Origin: an uncultured Muribaculaceae bacterium
GTDB lineage: Bacteria; Pseudomonadota; Alphaproteobacteria; Rs-D84
DNA length: 64,000 nt
Direction of reading: 5' to 3'
NCBI GenBank assembly: GCA_964619545.1
Contig: CAZUED010000002.1
Coordinates: 1,253-65,252 of the forward strand
Shown: positions 47,523-57,112 of the stretch, one piece after another
Layout of the letters: every line of letters begins with the position of its first letter
How positions within the stretch are numbered: position 1 is the stretch's first letter
The notes under the pieces: generated by a model
Databases searched by the model: none
Told to the model about the DNA's origin: nothing
The model's input: only the letters and a program-made list of their open reading frames with translations
Program-made: the position numbers and the translations under genes

Positions 47523-48413
47523 TTATTCGCCAAATTCAAGTTCTTTTAATTTTTCTGCGCGCGGTGTTATCTTTTTGATGGAAGTTTGCATTTCTTCCAA
47601 ATCATTTTCAGTCATCTTGAAATGATTTTCAACCTTTGCTGCACGTTCTGATAGACGTGATAAATCCATCAACAACAAATCCAATTCTTTCTTTATTTGT
47701 TCGGCTACGCGTTTAATTTTTATATCCGACAGGACGGCGCGGATAGTGTTTAATGTTGCCCACAGCGTCGCCGGCGAAACAATAAAGACCTTTTTTCGTG
47801 CAGCATAATCAATTATGTTTGGGAATTCACGATGCAGCGTTTCAAATATAGATTCCGATGCAATAAACATCATTGCGCTTTCAGCTGTCTTGCCAGAAAT
47901 TATGTATTTTGATGCAATTGCATCAATATGAGTCCGAACGGACAGCTCGAAAATTTTGCGATTACCTTCATCTGGTTTTTCAGTATATTTCGAGTATCCT
48001 TCCAATGGAAATTTGCTGTCTATAATCATGTCGCCCGGAGGATAAGGCAGACGGATAATACAATCAGGACGTACCCCATTTTCCAAAGTTTTCTGGAAAT
48101 AATAAGATTCAGGCGGCATTATGTCGGCGACCAAATCTTCCAGCTGACGTTCGCCAAAACTTCCGCGAGCTTGCTTTGATCCCATTAAAACATTCTTAAA
48201 ATTCGCTATGTCACCGCTGATGTTTTTCAACTCGATCGCATTTTGCGCCAATGCGCCCAAACGCTCGGCCAGACGTTCGCGCAGACGTGCATTATCTTCG
48301 CGCAGTGAAGACAAATCCACAGATTGTTTTTTGACCAGCACCGCGACCAGCAAAATTATGATTATGCCCAGTAATACGAAAATGATTGCCATTTTAATTT
48401 CCTTTGATAACAT
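47523..48413 (-). CDS. rmuC: DNA recombination protein RmuC
   Basis: N-terminal TM, a coiled-coil, and the RmuC nuclease-like C-domain (GSFGERQLEDLV...PDCIIRLP). Confidence 0.75.
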   Translation of the reverse strand: MLSKEIKMAIIFVLLGIIIILLVAVLVKKQSVDLSSLREDNARLRERLAERLGALAQNAIELKNISGDIANFKNVLMGSKQARGSFGERQLEDLVADIMPPESYYFQKTLENGVRPDCIIRLPYPPGDMIIDSKFPLEGYSKYTEKPDEGNRKIFELSVRTHIDAIASKYIISGKTAESAMMFIASESIFETLHREFPNIIDYAARKKVFIVSPATLWATLNTIRAVLSDIKIKRVAEQIKKELDLLLMDLSRLSERAAKVENHFKMTENDLEEMQTSIKKITPRAEKLKELEFGE

Positions 48414-48421
48414 TATAGATA

Positions 48422-48940
48422 ATGAAATACAAATTACAAATGAAACTTTGCGGCGACTTGATTCTGCGCGAAAAATGCGTGCCTGTTGATGGTGCGTCTA
48501 AATTTGTGGGTGTTTTGGATGAAATGGTTAGTATGATGGATGATCAGCATGGCGTTGGTCTGGCTGCACCCCAGGTTGGAATTGCGCGCCGTTTTATTGT
48601 TATGAAGGATGTCAAAAATCGCAAAGACCCCGGCACAATTCATAAAATGATAAATCCGAAAATTATATCAAAATCGGAAAAGACATGTGTAATAGAGGAA
48701 GGTTGCCTGTCGGTGCTGGGACCAGATGATTTGCCAATTTATGCAGATGTCGAGAGACCTGAATCAGTGGTTGCAGAATGGACGGATGAGAAAGGCACAA
48801 AACAAACCCGCGAATTTTCTGGCTATTCTGCGCGTATTGTTCAGCATGAATTGGATCATCTGGATGGAATTTTATTTATTGATTATCTGCCCCCCGTTCG
48901 ACGCGAAATTGTAATGCGCAAAATTCGGAAAAGAAAATGA
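48422..48940 (+). CDS. def: Peptide deformylase
   Basis: GVGLAAPQ, EGCLS and QHELDHLDG motifs. Confidence 0.85.
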   Translation: MKYKLQMKLCGDLILREKCVPVDGASKFVGVLDEMVSMMDDQHGVGLAAPQVGIARRFIVMKDVKNRKDPGTIHKMINPKIISKSEKTCVIEEGCLSVLGPDDLPIYADVERPESVVAEWTDEKGTKQTREFSGYSARIVQHELDHLDGILFIDYLPPVRREIVMRKIRKRK

Positions 48941-49761
48941 ATCTGATTTTACTGGGCACTTCAGATTTTGTCGTGCCGATTTTTGATAAAGTTGCAAACG
49001 CTCATGAAATCAGGGCTGTATTTACCCGCGCGCCAAAACCCATGGGACGCAAAAAAATCATAACTAAATCGCCAGTGCATGTTTGGGCAGAATCGCGTGG
49101 AATCCCAGTTTTTACAAATATAAATGATTTTAATTCAGACGAAATCCAAAAACAGAAATCAGAAATTGATTATATTTTGGTAATTTCTTATGGCGTAATT
49201 TTGCGGAAAAATGTTTTGGACTTTGCACGCTGTATAAACATTCACCCCAGCGATTTGCCAAAGTATCGTGGACCTTCGCCAATTATCAGCGCGATTTACA
49301 ATGGAGATACGGACAGCGCCGTTTGCTTGATGAATTTGTCGACCAATTTGGATGCCGGTGATGTTTTAATGCGTCAAAAATTTGTGATTGGCGAAAATGA
49401 GACTTTATCTGAAATTGAAAGCAAAGTTTCAGAAATTTCCGCGCAAATGATTTTGGGATACTTTGACGCGCCTGAAAAATATATTCCAGTTCCTCAATCT
49501 GGTCAGCCCAGTTGGACGCAGAAATTTAGCGGTGCAGATGAAATTATTGATTGGTCAAAATCTTACATACAAATTCATAATCAGATTCGCTGTATTGGTG
49601 GACGCACAAAAATAAATGGCGTTGATGTTAAAATTTTGGAAACAAAAATTGTGGATTGCAAATTAGAGATTGTGCGCATTCAGCCAGCTGGGAAAAAGCC
49701 AATGGGCTGGAAAGATTTTGTAAATGGACTGCACGGTGAAAAAATAGAATTTGTAAAATGA
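48937..49761 (+). CDS. fmt: Methionyl-tRNA formyltransferase (short form)
   Basis: Formyl-transferase N-domain (INIHPSDLPKYRGPSPI). def-fmt synteny. 274 aa. Confidence 0.8.
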   Translation: MNLILLGTSDFVVPIFDKVANAHEIRAVFTRAPKPMGRKKIITKSPVHVWAESRGIPVFTNINDFNSDEIQKQKSEIDYILVISYGVILRKNVLDFARCINIHPSDLPKYRGPSPIISAIYNGDTDSAVCLMNLSTNLDAGDVLMRQKFVIGENETLSEIESKVSEISAQMILGYFDAPEKYIPVPQSGQPSWTQKFSGADEIIDWSKSYIQIHNQIRCIGGRTKINGVDVKILETKIVDCKLEIVRIQPAGKKPMGWKDFVNGLHGEKIEFVK

Positions 49762-50498
49762 AACGATACAAACTGAATCTTGAGTATGACGGAACAGATT
49801 TGATTGGTTGGCAGGAAAATCGTCAAGGTCCATCGGTTCAGTCCTTGGTTCAGGGCGCAATCAAAAGCTTTTGTCAGACGGACGCAGATGTTATTGCTGC
49901 CGGACGCACTGACGCTGGCGTGCACGCTTATTCTATGACGGCACATGTGGATTTGCCGGAATCCAATCCTGAAACAATTAAACGGGCATTAAATTTTTAT
50001 CTAAATGATTCGTCTGTATCTGTTTTGGATTGCGTGCTTGTTTCAGATGAATTTCATGCCAGGTTTTTATGTGTTCGCCGAAATTACAGATACATTGTTC
50101 TGAATCGCGGCGCAAAGCCCGCATTGGATAAAAACCGAGTTTGGTGGATACCCCAAAAATTAAACATTGATGCCATGCGCGCTGCAGCCGAAAAATTAAA
50201 AGGCAATCATGACTTTACCAGTTTTCGCGCGGCCGAGTGTCAGGCAAAAAGTCCGATAAAGACCCTGGATGAAATAAAAATAACGACAGATGGCGATTTA
50301 ATTTATTTTGATTTTTCTGCGCGGTCTTTTCTGCATCACCAGGTTAGAAATATGGTTGGGACCCTGGTTGAAATAGGGTTGGGAAAACCATTAGACATTG
50401 ATGAAATTTTCGCCGCGAAAAATCGCAGTGCGTCTGGACCTAATGCGCCTGCATCTGGTCTTTATTTTGTTTCGGCCGAATATGCCACCAACGATTAG
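49758..50498 (+). CDS. truA: tRNA pseudouridine(38-40) synthase TruA
   Basis: RYKLNLEYDGTDLIGWQ with the catalytic Asp context (AAGRTDAGVHA). Confidence 0.85.
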   Translation: MKRYKLNLEYDGTDLIGWQENRQGPSVQSLVQGAIKSFCQTDADVIAAGRTDAGVHAYSMTAHVDLPESNPETIKRALNFYLNDSSVSVLDCVLVSDEFHARFLCVRRNYRYIVLNRGAKPALDKNRVWWIPQKLNIDAMRAAAEKLKGNHDFTSFRAAECQAKSPIKTLDEIKITTDGDLIYFDFSARSFLHHQVRNMVGTLVEIGLGKPLDIDEIFAAKNRSASGPNAPASGLYFVSAEYATND

Positions 50499-52329
50499 CC
50501 GTAATATATTCAACACGTCCAGTTTTATAAATCACTAATGGCCCGTGCAGAATTCTTGCATGGCAGTCTTTCCCAGCGTCTATATCCAAATAAGAAATTA
50601 TGAAATCATTTTCATTGCACATTTTTCCGATGTTGTTTAACAGCGGAATAAATTTTTGAGTATAAGCCAATGACCATTTTTCAGTCTGAATAATACATAA
50701 TCCTTTTTCGCATTTTATGCGTTTGTTTGGGGTACCTGTTTTTTCAAAGTTATTCTGCTTCCATGCGTCAAAGGCAAAGTAATTATTGCTGGATTTATTT
50801 CGGTTAAAATGCAATTCATCATTTTGAATAATTGCAATCAGTTCGTGATTAGCGCTGGCATAAAAAATTGGTTTTGGTTTTGTTATAGTCAAGATTACTG
50901 ACAACATATATAAAACTGCGAACAGGGGAAATTTTAATTTTTTGTTTTTTATTAAAATCAGACAAACCAGTCCAATAACCATCATAATCAAAGCGGATGC
51001 CGGTATGTTTGGGATTTGTATTTGGGCATATGGAAATGTCGTAATCCAGTCTGCTATACCCAGCGTCCAGTTATAAACTGCGTCCGCGTAAGATGTCAGT
51101 CCCAGCATAGTCAGCGGCATTATCAAAAGTGAAAAAATCGGCAAACATATCAAATTACCCAGCAGACTATAAATCTGGAGTGTATGAAAATGGTATGCAA
51201 TAAAAGGTATTGTGAAAAGTGTTGCGATAAAGGTTGTTAAAATCATAATCTTTATAGCACGCCATACTTTCATAGGAACTGAGAGTTTTTCATATTTTGT
51301 GTCGCCGAAAAACCAAATCAGTCCGAAAATTGCGGAAAATGAAAGTTGAAAACCAGGCTGGACCAGATAATGAGGATTTGTTATTAAAAGTGCCGCGAAT
51401 ACAAGTGCCGCATTTCGCATGGTGAAAACATTTCGCCCCAGTATGAATGCCGCGAACATTAAACTTGTTGTCAGAAAGGCCCTTTGTGTTGCAACATCTG
51501 CGCCCGATAAAAACAAATAAAATGATAACCCAATAAATGAGAAAACCATCGCGGGATAACGCGCAGATGTTCTTTTTGTTACCCATGGAAGCAGTCGGAA
51601 TAAAAAATAAAACAATGCAAAAAACCATCCACCAACAAGTGTTATATGAAATCCGCTAATAGAAAAAACATGGGAAATACCAGCCGTCTTCCAAGCATCT
51701 ATTTCTTTATCTGTCAGTGCATGTTTGTATCCCAAAACAAGCGTATCAAAAAGTTTAGAATCAAATTTATTATGCAAATAATTGCGAAAAGTTGTAATGC
51801 CCGTTTCTGTACCATCATTATTGATAGTTAAATCTGATACAAATCCAGTTGCAGTAAGGCCATCAAAATATGCCCACTCGGCCGCGTCAAATCCACCAGG
51901 CGTATCGGCAGGGCTGGGCGGAAAAAGCGTTGCATTTGCAATTATATTTGCACCGATTTCTGGAATTGGAATTTCGTTGGACACAGATAACCTGTAAATT
52001 GCCCCAGTGGCGGAATCTTGCAAGAATAAACGCGCTTTGTCCGGTGTATAGTCTATATTTTTCACGACCGCCACAATTTCAATGTCGCGTTTTGGGCTTG
52101 TAATGTCGGGTATGTCAATCAGTCGGACATAAGCAGTGGAATAAAAAAATCCAAACAAGAATACAAAAACTGGGGCAATAGATTTTTTCCGAAATACGAA
52201 AAAGTTCGCTGCGCACAGAATCGAAATAATTAAAGGAAATGCAATGGCAGGTTCAAACGGGAATGCGAAATAAACAGCAATCCCTGCGCAGAAAGCAAAA
52301 AGACTGAACATTAAATTCATCCTGAACAA
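50440..52329 (-). CDS. comEC: ComEC/Rec2-family competence membrane protein
   Basis: DUF4131-like N-terminus and a competence domain with multiple TM helices (SGFHITLVGGWFFALF). No C-terminal metallo-beta-lactamase domain is visible. Confidence 0.7.
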   Translation of the reverse strand: MFRMNLMFSLFAFCAGIAVYFAFPFEPAIAFPLIISILCAANFFVFRKKSIAPVFVFLFGFFYSTAYVRLIDIPDITSPKRDIEIVAVVKNIDYTPDKARLFLQDSATGAIYRLSVSNEIPIPEIGANIIANATLFPPSPADTPGGFDAAEWAYFDGLTATGFVSDLTINNDGTETGITTFRNYLHNKFDSKLFDTLVLGYKHALTDKEIDAWKTAGISHVFSISGFHITLVGGWFFALFYFLFRLLPWVTKRTSARYPAMVFSFIGLSFYLFLSGADVATQRAFLTTSLMFAAFILGRNVFTMRNAALVFAALLITNPHYLVQPGFQLSFSAIFGLIWFFGDTKYEKLSVPMKVWRAIKIMILTTFIATLFTIPFIAYHFHTLQIYSLLGNLICLPIFSLLIMPLTMLGLTSYADAVYNWTLGIADWITTFPYAQIQIPNIPASALIMMVIGLVCLILIKNKKLKFPLFAVLYMLSVILTITKPKPIFYASANHELIAIIQNDELHFNRNKSSNNYFAFDAWKQNNFEKTGTPNKRIKCEKGLCIIQTEKWSLAYTQKFIPLLNNIGKMCNENDFIISYLDIDAGKDCHARILHGPLVIYKTGRVEYITANRWWHIRPKQNKDQMQAH

Positions 52330-52363
52330 AATCCTAGTAAATAAAGGATGAAAAATCTATAGA

Positions 52364-52717
52364 TTAAAATTTTTTGCCGAACAGGAATTCTGGACTTTGG
52401 GAATATGCAATAATAGCGTCCTGATTATCGTCAGACGCAGATTTGCAACGCCTGATTTTTCCACACTTTTCGCATTTATGAATAATGATAAATTTATCGC
52501 CAGCAGTTTCAATTCCAATTGGCCGCATAGCTCCACCGCAATTGGATGCTCGGTCGCCAGGATTTATATCAACGCAACGTGACCATAAACAATTTGGGCA
52601 ATGATTAGTGTATCCGTTTCCATGAACAGATGTGCCACAATTAGTGCAAACAAAATCTTCAATGTTTCTAGTGAATCTTTTCATAGATAAAAAATAGATG
52701 TCAGATTTATCTGACAC
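52364..52717 (-). CDS. RNHCP-domain zinc-ribbon protein
   Basis: FVCTNCGTSVHGNGYTNHCPNCLWSRCVD...CEKCGK, i.e. two CxxC pairs with an RNHCP signature. Confidence 0.55.
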   Translation of the reverse strand: MSDKSDIYFLSMKRFTRNIEDFVCTNCGTSVHGNGYTNHCPNCLWSRCVDINPGDRASNCGGAMRPIGIETAGDKFIIIHKCEKCGKIRRCKSASDDNQDAIIAYSQSPEFLFGKKF

Positions 52718-52729
52718 CTATCAAAGTTA

Positions 52730-52978
52730 TTAAAGCCCCAATGCGTTCCGGTACATTTTGGTCAGCTCGTCAGCTTCATCTAACTCGTCTGGGTCCAACT
52801 TGCGCAATCTGATCATTTGACGAATATATTTCGGGTCATAGCCAGCGGATTTTGCCTCGGTAAAAATTTCTTTGATGTCCGCAGCGATACCGGCGGTTTC
52901 TTCGTTCAGTTTTTCAATACGTTCAATAATAGTTATCAATTGTTGATTATCTAATTGTCCGTGGTTTTCGTTTGACAT
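52730..52978 (-). CDS. gapR: GapR-like nucleoid-associated protein (DUF2312/UPF0335)
   Basis: QLITIIERIEKLNEETAGIAADIKEIFTEAKSAGYDPKYIRQMIRLRK matches the alphaproteobacterial GapR family. Start chosen at MSNENH. Confidence 0.65.
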   Translation of the reverse strand: MSNENHGQLDNQQLITIIERIEKLNEETAGIAADIKEIFTEAKSAGYDPKYIRQMIRLRKLDPDELDEADELTKMYRNALGL

Positions 52979-53090
52979 AAAATCTCCCTTGTTTATTTGA
53001 TTGGATATGTTATCATTGCAATCGCAAAATGCAAGAAAAACAATCCGCGGGGAAGCCGTCTCTTCCGCCGCTTTAAACAAAGGTATTTTT

Positions 53091-54458
53091 ATGACAAAAC
53101 TTACAAAAATTATCGCATCTATCGGACCTGCCAGCGAAAATTACGATACATTAAAGTCAATGATAGAGCGTGGCGTGAATGCATGCCGTTTGAATTTTTC
53201 CCATGATACTGGTGATGCCCAGGGACGCAAAATAGATTTAATTCGTAAAATCTCGGTCGAGCTGAATCGACCTGTAGCGGTTATCGCCGACCTGCAGGGA
53301 CCAAAACATCGTATTGGGGATTTCCAAACCGAAAATCATTACCCATTAAAATTGGGGCAAAATTTCATATTGGATAATAATCCAGAACGAGGCGATGGAA
53401 CCAGAGTCTTTCTGCCGGACAGCGATGTGTTGAACTCGTTAAAAATTGGCGACAGAGTTTTATTAAACGATGGAAAAATTGAATTAGAAGTTTCGAATTC
53501 CGAGCCGGGAAAAATCACAACTATTGTAAAGCGCGGGGATGAAATTTGGTCGCGCCGTGGGTTTAACATTCCCGATACAGAAATTGAAACCAGCGTACTG
53601 ACACCAAAAGATCGTACAGATTTGGAATATGTTTTAACAAAAAATCCAGACTTTGTTGCAATTTCTTTCGTTCAGCGTCCCGAAGATGTTGCCGAGGTTC
53701 GCGACTTTATAACTGCGCAAACTGATGCGCCCATTAAAATTATTTCCAAGATAGAGCGTCCACAAGCATTAGAAAAATTGGAAGAAATTATACAGGTTTC
53801 AGATGCAATAATGTTTGCGCGTGGCGATTTGGCGGTTGAAGTTCCTTTTGAGAAATTGCCAGCATTACAACGCCTGACCATTCGTATGTGTCGCAAGATG
53901 AACAAGCCCGTGATTGTTGCAACCCAAATGTTGGGCAGCATGGTTCATTCAGAATTTCCACTGCGTGCAGAAATTTCAGATGTGGCGCTGGCATCTTATT
54001 TGCGTTCTGATTGTGTTATGACATCCGAAGAAACAACCATCAGCGACAATCCGTTGAATGTTATTGATACTATGTCAAAAATTGTGACCAATGCGGACAT
54101 AGATGTTTATGAAAATGGGAATGATTGGTCGCGTATAGAAAATTTACCGGAAAATGATTGGTCGCGCAGTGTGGCGTCAATGGCTTATCTGAATAAAGCG
54201 GCGGCTATTATTGTTTTTGATTCTGGAACAGAGGTTGCGACCGCTATTTCTTGTCGCAAGCCGGACGTTCCGATTATTGGGGTATTCAACGATGCAATAG
54301 ATGCCAGCCAATTGTGTATTTCACGTGGAGTTTATCCGATTTTTGACCAGAAATTATTTGGGCAAAAAGATGCGCCATCCGTGGCACGAAATTTTGGAAT
54401 TACTGGCGGAAAGTTGGTAATTGTTGATGGTGATAAAATTTCATTACGCGATGTTTAA
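53091..54458 (+). CDS. pyk: Pyruvate kinase
   Basis: TKIIASIGPAS N-terminus. Active-site region MFARGDLAVEVPFEKLPALQ. C-terminal regulatory domain. Confidence 0.9.
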   Translation: MTKLTKIIASIGPASENYDTLKSMIERGVNACRLNFSHDTGDAQGRKIDLIRKISVELNRPVAVIADLQGPKHRIGDFQTENHYPLKLGQNFILDNNPERGDGTRVFLPDSDVLNSLKIGDRVLLNDGKIELEVSNSEPGKITTIVKRGDEIWSRRGFNIPDTEIETSVLTPKDRTDLEYVLTKNPDFVAISFVQRPEDVAEVRDFITAQTDAPIKIISKIERPQALEKLEEIIQVSDAIMFARGDLAVEVPFEKLPALQRLTIRMCRKMNKPVIVATQMLGSMVHSEFPLRAEISDVALASYLRSDCVMTSEETTISDNPLNVIDTMSKIVTNADIDVYENGNDWSRIENLPENDWSRSVASMAYLNKAAAIIVFDSGTEVATAISCRKPDVPIIGVFNDAIDASQLCISRGVYPIFDQKLFGQKDAPSVARNFGITGGKLVIVDGDKISLRDV

Positions 54459-54483
54459 ATTGTACAAAACAATACCCAGATTG

Positions 54484-54509
54484 TCGCGCAACAGCGCGGC
54501 ATTTTTTTA
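54484..54509 (+). terminator. Rho-independent terminator after pyk
   Basis: CGCGC-AACA-GCGCG hairpin followed by a T7 run. Confidence 0.65.
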
Positions 54510-54551
54510 TTATATTGACCCAATGCGGTGATTTTTTGTATTCTTTGGGTT

Positions 54552-55679
54552 ATGAGAAAATTATCTTCATTTTTTGCAGGTATTTGTGCCCTGTTTTTTA
54601 TATCTTGTGCGGCGCATGGTTCGGAATACAATGCTGTTTTAGTTGCTGATATGGATACTGGTCGTGTTTTGTATTCTGAAAATATGAACGATTTAAACTA
54701 TCCAGCGTCTTTAACAAAAATCATGACACTTTATTTGACATTTGATGCGCTGGAGCATTCCAGATTAAAGCTGGATGATTATTTGATAGTTTCGCAAAGC
54801 GCGGCGAACGCGGCACCGGTAAAACTGGGGTTGGCCGCAGGCAGCAAAATTAAAGTGGAAGACGCGATAAAGGCATTGGCGGTACACAGCGCAAATGACG
54901 TTGCGCGTGTTTTGGCAGAAAATCTGAAAGGTGGCAAAGAGGGTAACTTTGCTTCCCTGATGACCCAGGTCGCAACAGAAATTGGATTGTCTAAAACCAA
55001 TTTCGAAAATTCATCAGGTCTGCCCGATGACGATCATTTATCCAACGCGCGCGATATAGCTTTGTTATCAATGGCGGTTTACAAGCATTTCCCCCAGTAT
55101 TGGAAGTACTTTGGAATAAAAAGTTGGACCTATAATGGACAGACTTATACAAATGGTAATCGTTTGTTGGGCAGTTATGCGGGGTGTGACGGAATGAAAA
55201 CAGGATATACAAACAAGTCGCGATATTCTTTGGTAGCGACGGCGGTTCGCGATGGCCGGCATGTTATGGCGGTTGTTATGGGTGCGCAAAGCAAGGATGT
55301 TCGCGCGAATGTTGCAACAAATATGTTGGATAAGGGTTTTAGCTTGCTTGGTGTAAAAAATTCCGGCACAAAAATAATTTCCACACCAATTATTGAAAAT
55401 CCAAAAAAGAAAATAGAAACTTATAATCAGCCAATCAGCCAATCTGGCAATTCGGTAAAAAGCGGTAAATCTGGTGTTCAGTTTGGCGCATTTGCATCGT
55501 CCACGGCGGCCCAGGCGCAAATAATAAAAGTGCTCAAGGCAACAGGTATAAAGTCAGATATAGAAACCGCGCCCAATGGAATGTTCCGTGTGCGTGCAAC
55601 AAATATGTCAGAAAGTGCGGCGCAAAGCGCGTGCGCATCAGCAAAATCGCAATCAATAGATTGTTTTGTATTTCGTTAA
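54552..55679 (+). CDS. D-alanyl-D-alanine carboxypeptidase (S11, PBP5-like) with C-terminal SPOR domain
   Basis: Signal peptide. SxxK (PASLTKIM), SxN and KTG motifs. C-terminal SPOR-like region (VQFGAFASSTAAQAQ...FRVR). Confidence 0.75.
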   Translation: MRKLSSFFAGICALFFISCAAHGSEYNAVLVADMDTGRVLYSENMNDLNYPASLTKIMTLYLTFDALEHSRLKLDDYLIVSQSAANAAPVKLGLAAGSKIKVEDAIKALAVHSANDVARVLAENLKGGKEGNFASLMTQVATEIGLSKTNFENSSGLPDDDHLSNARDIALLSMAVYKHFPQYWKYFGIKSWTYNGQTYTNGNRLLGSYAGCDGMKTGYTNKSRYSLVATAVRDGRHVMAVVMGAQSKDVRANVATNMLDKGFSLLGVKNSGTKIISTPIIENPKKKIETYNQPISQSGNSVKSGKSGVQFGAFASSTAAQAQIIKVLKATGIKSDIETAPNGMFRVRATNMSESAAQSACASAKSQSIDCFVFR

Positions 55680-55680
55680 A

Positions 55681-56268
55681 ATGAATCCAAAGATAGAAAA
55701 ACTTATTAAACAATTTGCAAAACTTCCACGCGTTGGGAGCAGGGCGGCTCAGCGAATAGTTTTGGCATTGTTGCAAGACAAGACTGGGCGTGCGTCAACA
55801 TTGGCGACGGCTTTGACTGATGCCGCAGAAAAAATTCATCCTTGTCCTGTGTGTGGTTGTCTGACCGATAGCGAGTGTGAGTTCTGCAATAACCCGGCGC
55901 GCGCAAATGGAACACTGTGCATAGTTCGCGATTTGGGCGATGTTTGGACATTGGAAAAATCAGAAGTGTTTCATGGTCGTTATCATATCCTCGGTGGTTT
56001 GCTGTCGGGCGCGGCAGGGATGACGCCCGAAGATTTGAATCTGGCAAATCTGCCGGCGCGGATTAAAGATGAAAAAATTACCGAGGTTATTTTCGCATTG
56101 CCTAATACTTTTGAGGGCAAAACAACCCAGCACTATGCAATGTCTATAATTGGTGATAGTGATGTTGTCTTTTCCGAATTGGCGTCTGGTGTTCCGCTGG
56201 GCGGTGACATTGATTACTTGGATAATGGAACTTTAAGCATTGCATTCGGTGGGAGAAAACAAATATGA
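55681..56268 (+). CDS. recR: Recombination protein RecR
   Basis: HhH (LPRVGSRAAQRI), C4 zinc finger (CPVCGCLTDSECEFC) and Toprim domain. Confidence 0.9.
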   Translation: MNPKIEKLIKQFAKLPRVGSRAAQRIVLALLQDKTGRASTLATALTDAAEKIHPCPVCGCLTDSECEFCNNPARANGTLCIVRDLGDVWTLEKSEVFHGRYHILGGLLSGAAGMTPEDLNLANLPARIKDEKITEVIFALPNTFEGKTTQHYAMSIIGDSDVVFSELASGVPLGGDIDYLDNGTLSIAFGGRKQI

Positions 56269-57083
56269 GCGGAAATAATCATTTGTTAAATCTTCCGCCG
56301 GTTTCAGAAATGATGCGTGATGCTGGGTTAGAGCCTAAAAAGCAACTTGGCCAGAATTTTTTATTTGATTTGAATTTGACGCGAAAAATCGCGCGCAGCG
56401 TGCCAAACATAGATGGCGTAACTATTATAGAGGTCGGGCCGGGACCTGGCGGTTTGACGCGGGCTTTGCTGGAAAGCGGGGCGTCGCGGGTAATTGCGAT
56501 TGAAAAAGACACAGCAACCAAACCTATTTTGCAACGAATAGCAGATGCATCAGACGGGCGGTTGGAAGTAATTTACGCAGATGCCATTAAATGGATGAAG
56601 GAAGAAGGAAGAAGTATGAAGCTGAATTATTCTGTTTGTTCGAATCTTCCATATAATGTTGGGACAGAGTTATTAATTCATTGGCTGCATATGATGGAAT
56701 CAATAACATCCCTGACATTAATGTTTCAGCGTGAGGTTGCAGAAAGAATAGTTGCCAAACCAGGCGATAAGCAATACGGCAGATTAAGTGTTTTAACAAG
56801 CTTGGTTGCAGATGCAAAAATTTTATTTAATGTTCCAAACACTGCTTTTTTCCCGGCACCGAAAGTGCAAAGCGCGGTTGTTCAAATAATACCAAAGCGT
56901 GCAGATGTAGACTTGGCAAAGGTAGAGAAAATAACAGCAAAACTTTTTGGGCAACGTCGAAAAATGCTGCGTGGAATTATCCCAGGTATTGATTGGGCAA
57001 AGTTCGGGCTGTTGGGAACTGAACGAGCCGAAGAATTACGACCAGAAAAATTTGTAGAAATTGCCGCACAGGTTGTGGTATAA
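56265..57083 (+). CDS. rsmA: 16S rRNA (adenine1518/1519-N6)-dimethyltransferase RsmA/KsgA
   Basis: LGQNFL motif and SAM site (IIEVGPGPGGLT). ATGA overlap with recR. Confidence 0.9.
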   Translation: MSGNNHLLNLPPVSEMMRDAGLEPKKQLGQNFLFDLNLTRKIARSVPNIDGVTIIEVGPGPGGLTRALLESGASRVIAIEKDTATKPILQRIADASDGRLEVIYADAIKWMKEEGRSMKLNYSVCSNLPYNVGTELLIHWLHMMESITSLTLMFQREVAERIVAKPGDKQYGRLSVLTSLVADAKILFNVPNTAFFPAPKVQSAVVQIIPKRADVDLAKVEKITAKLFGQRRKMLRGIIPGIDWAKFGLLGTERAEELRPEKFVEIAAQVVV

Positions 57084-57112
57084 ATCTGGCCGAGAAGCAA
57101 GAGAGAGAAATT

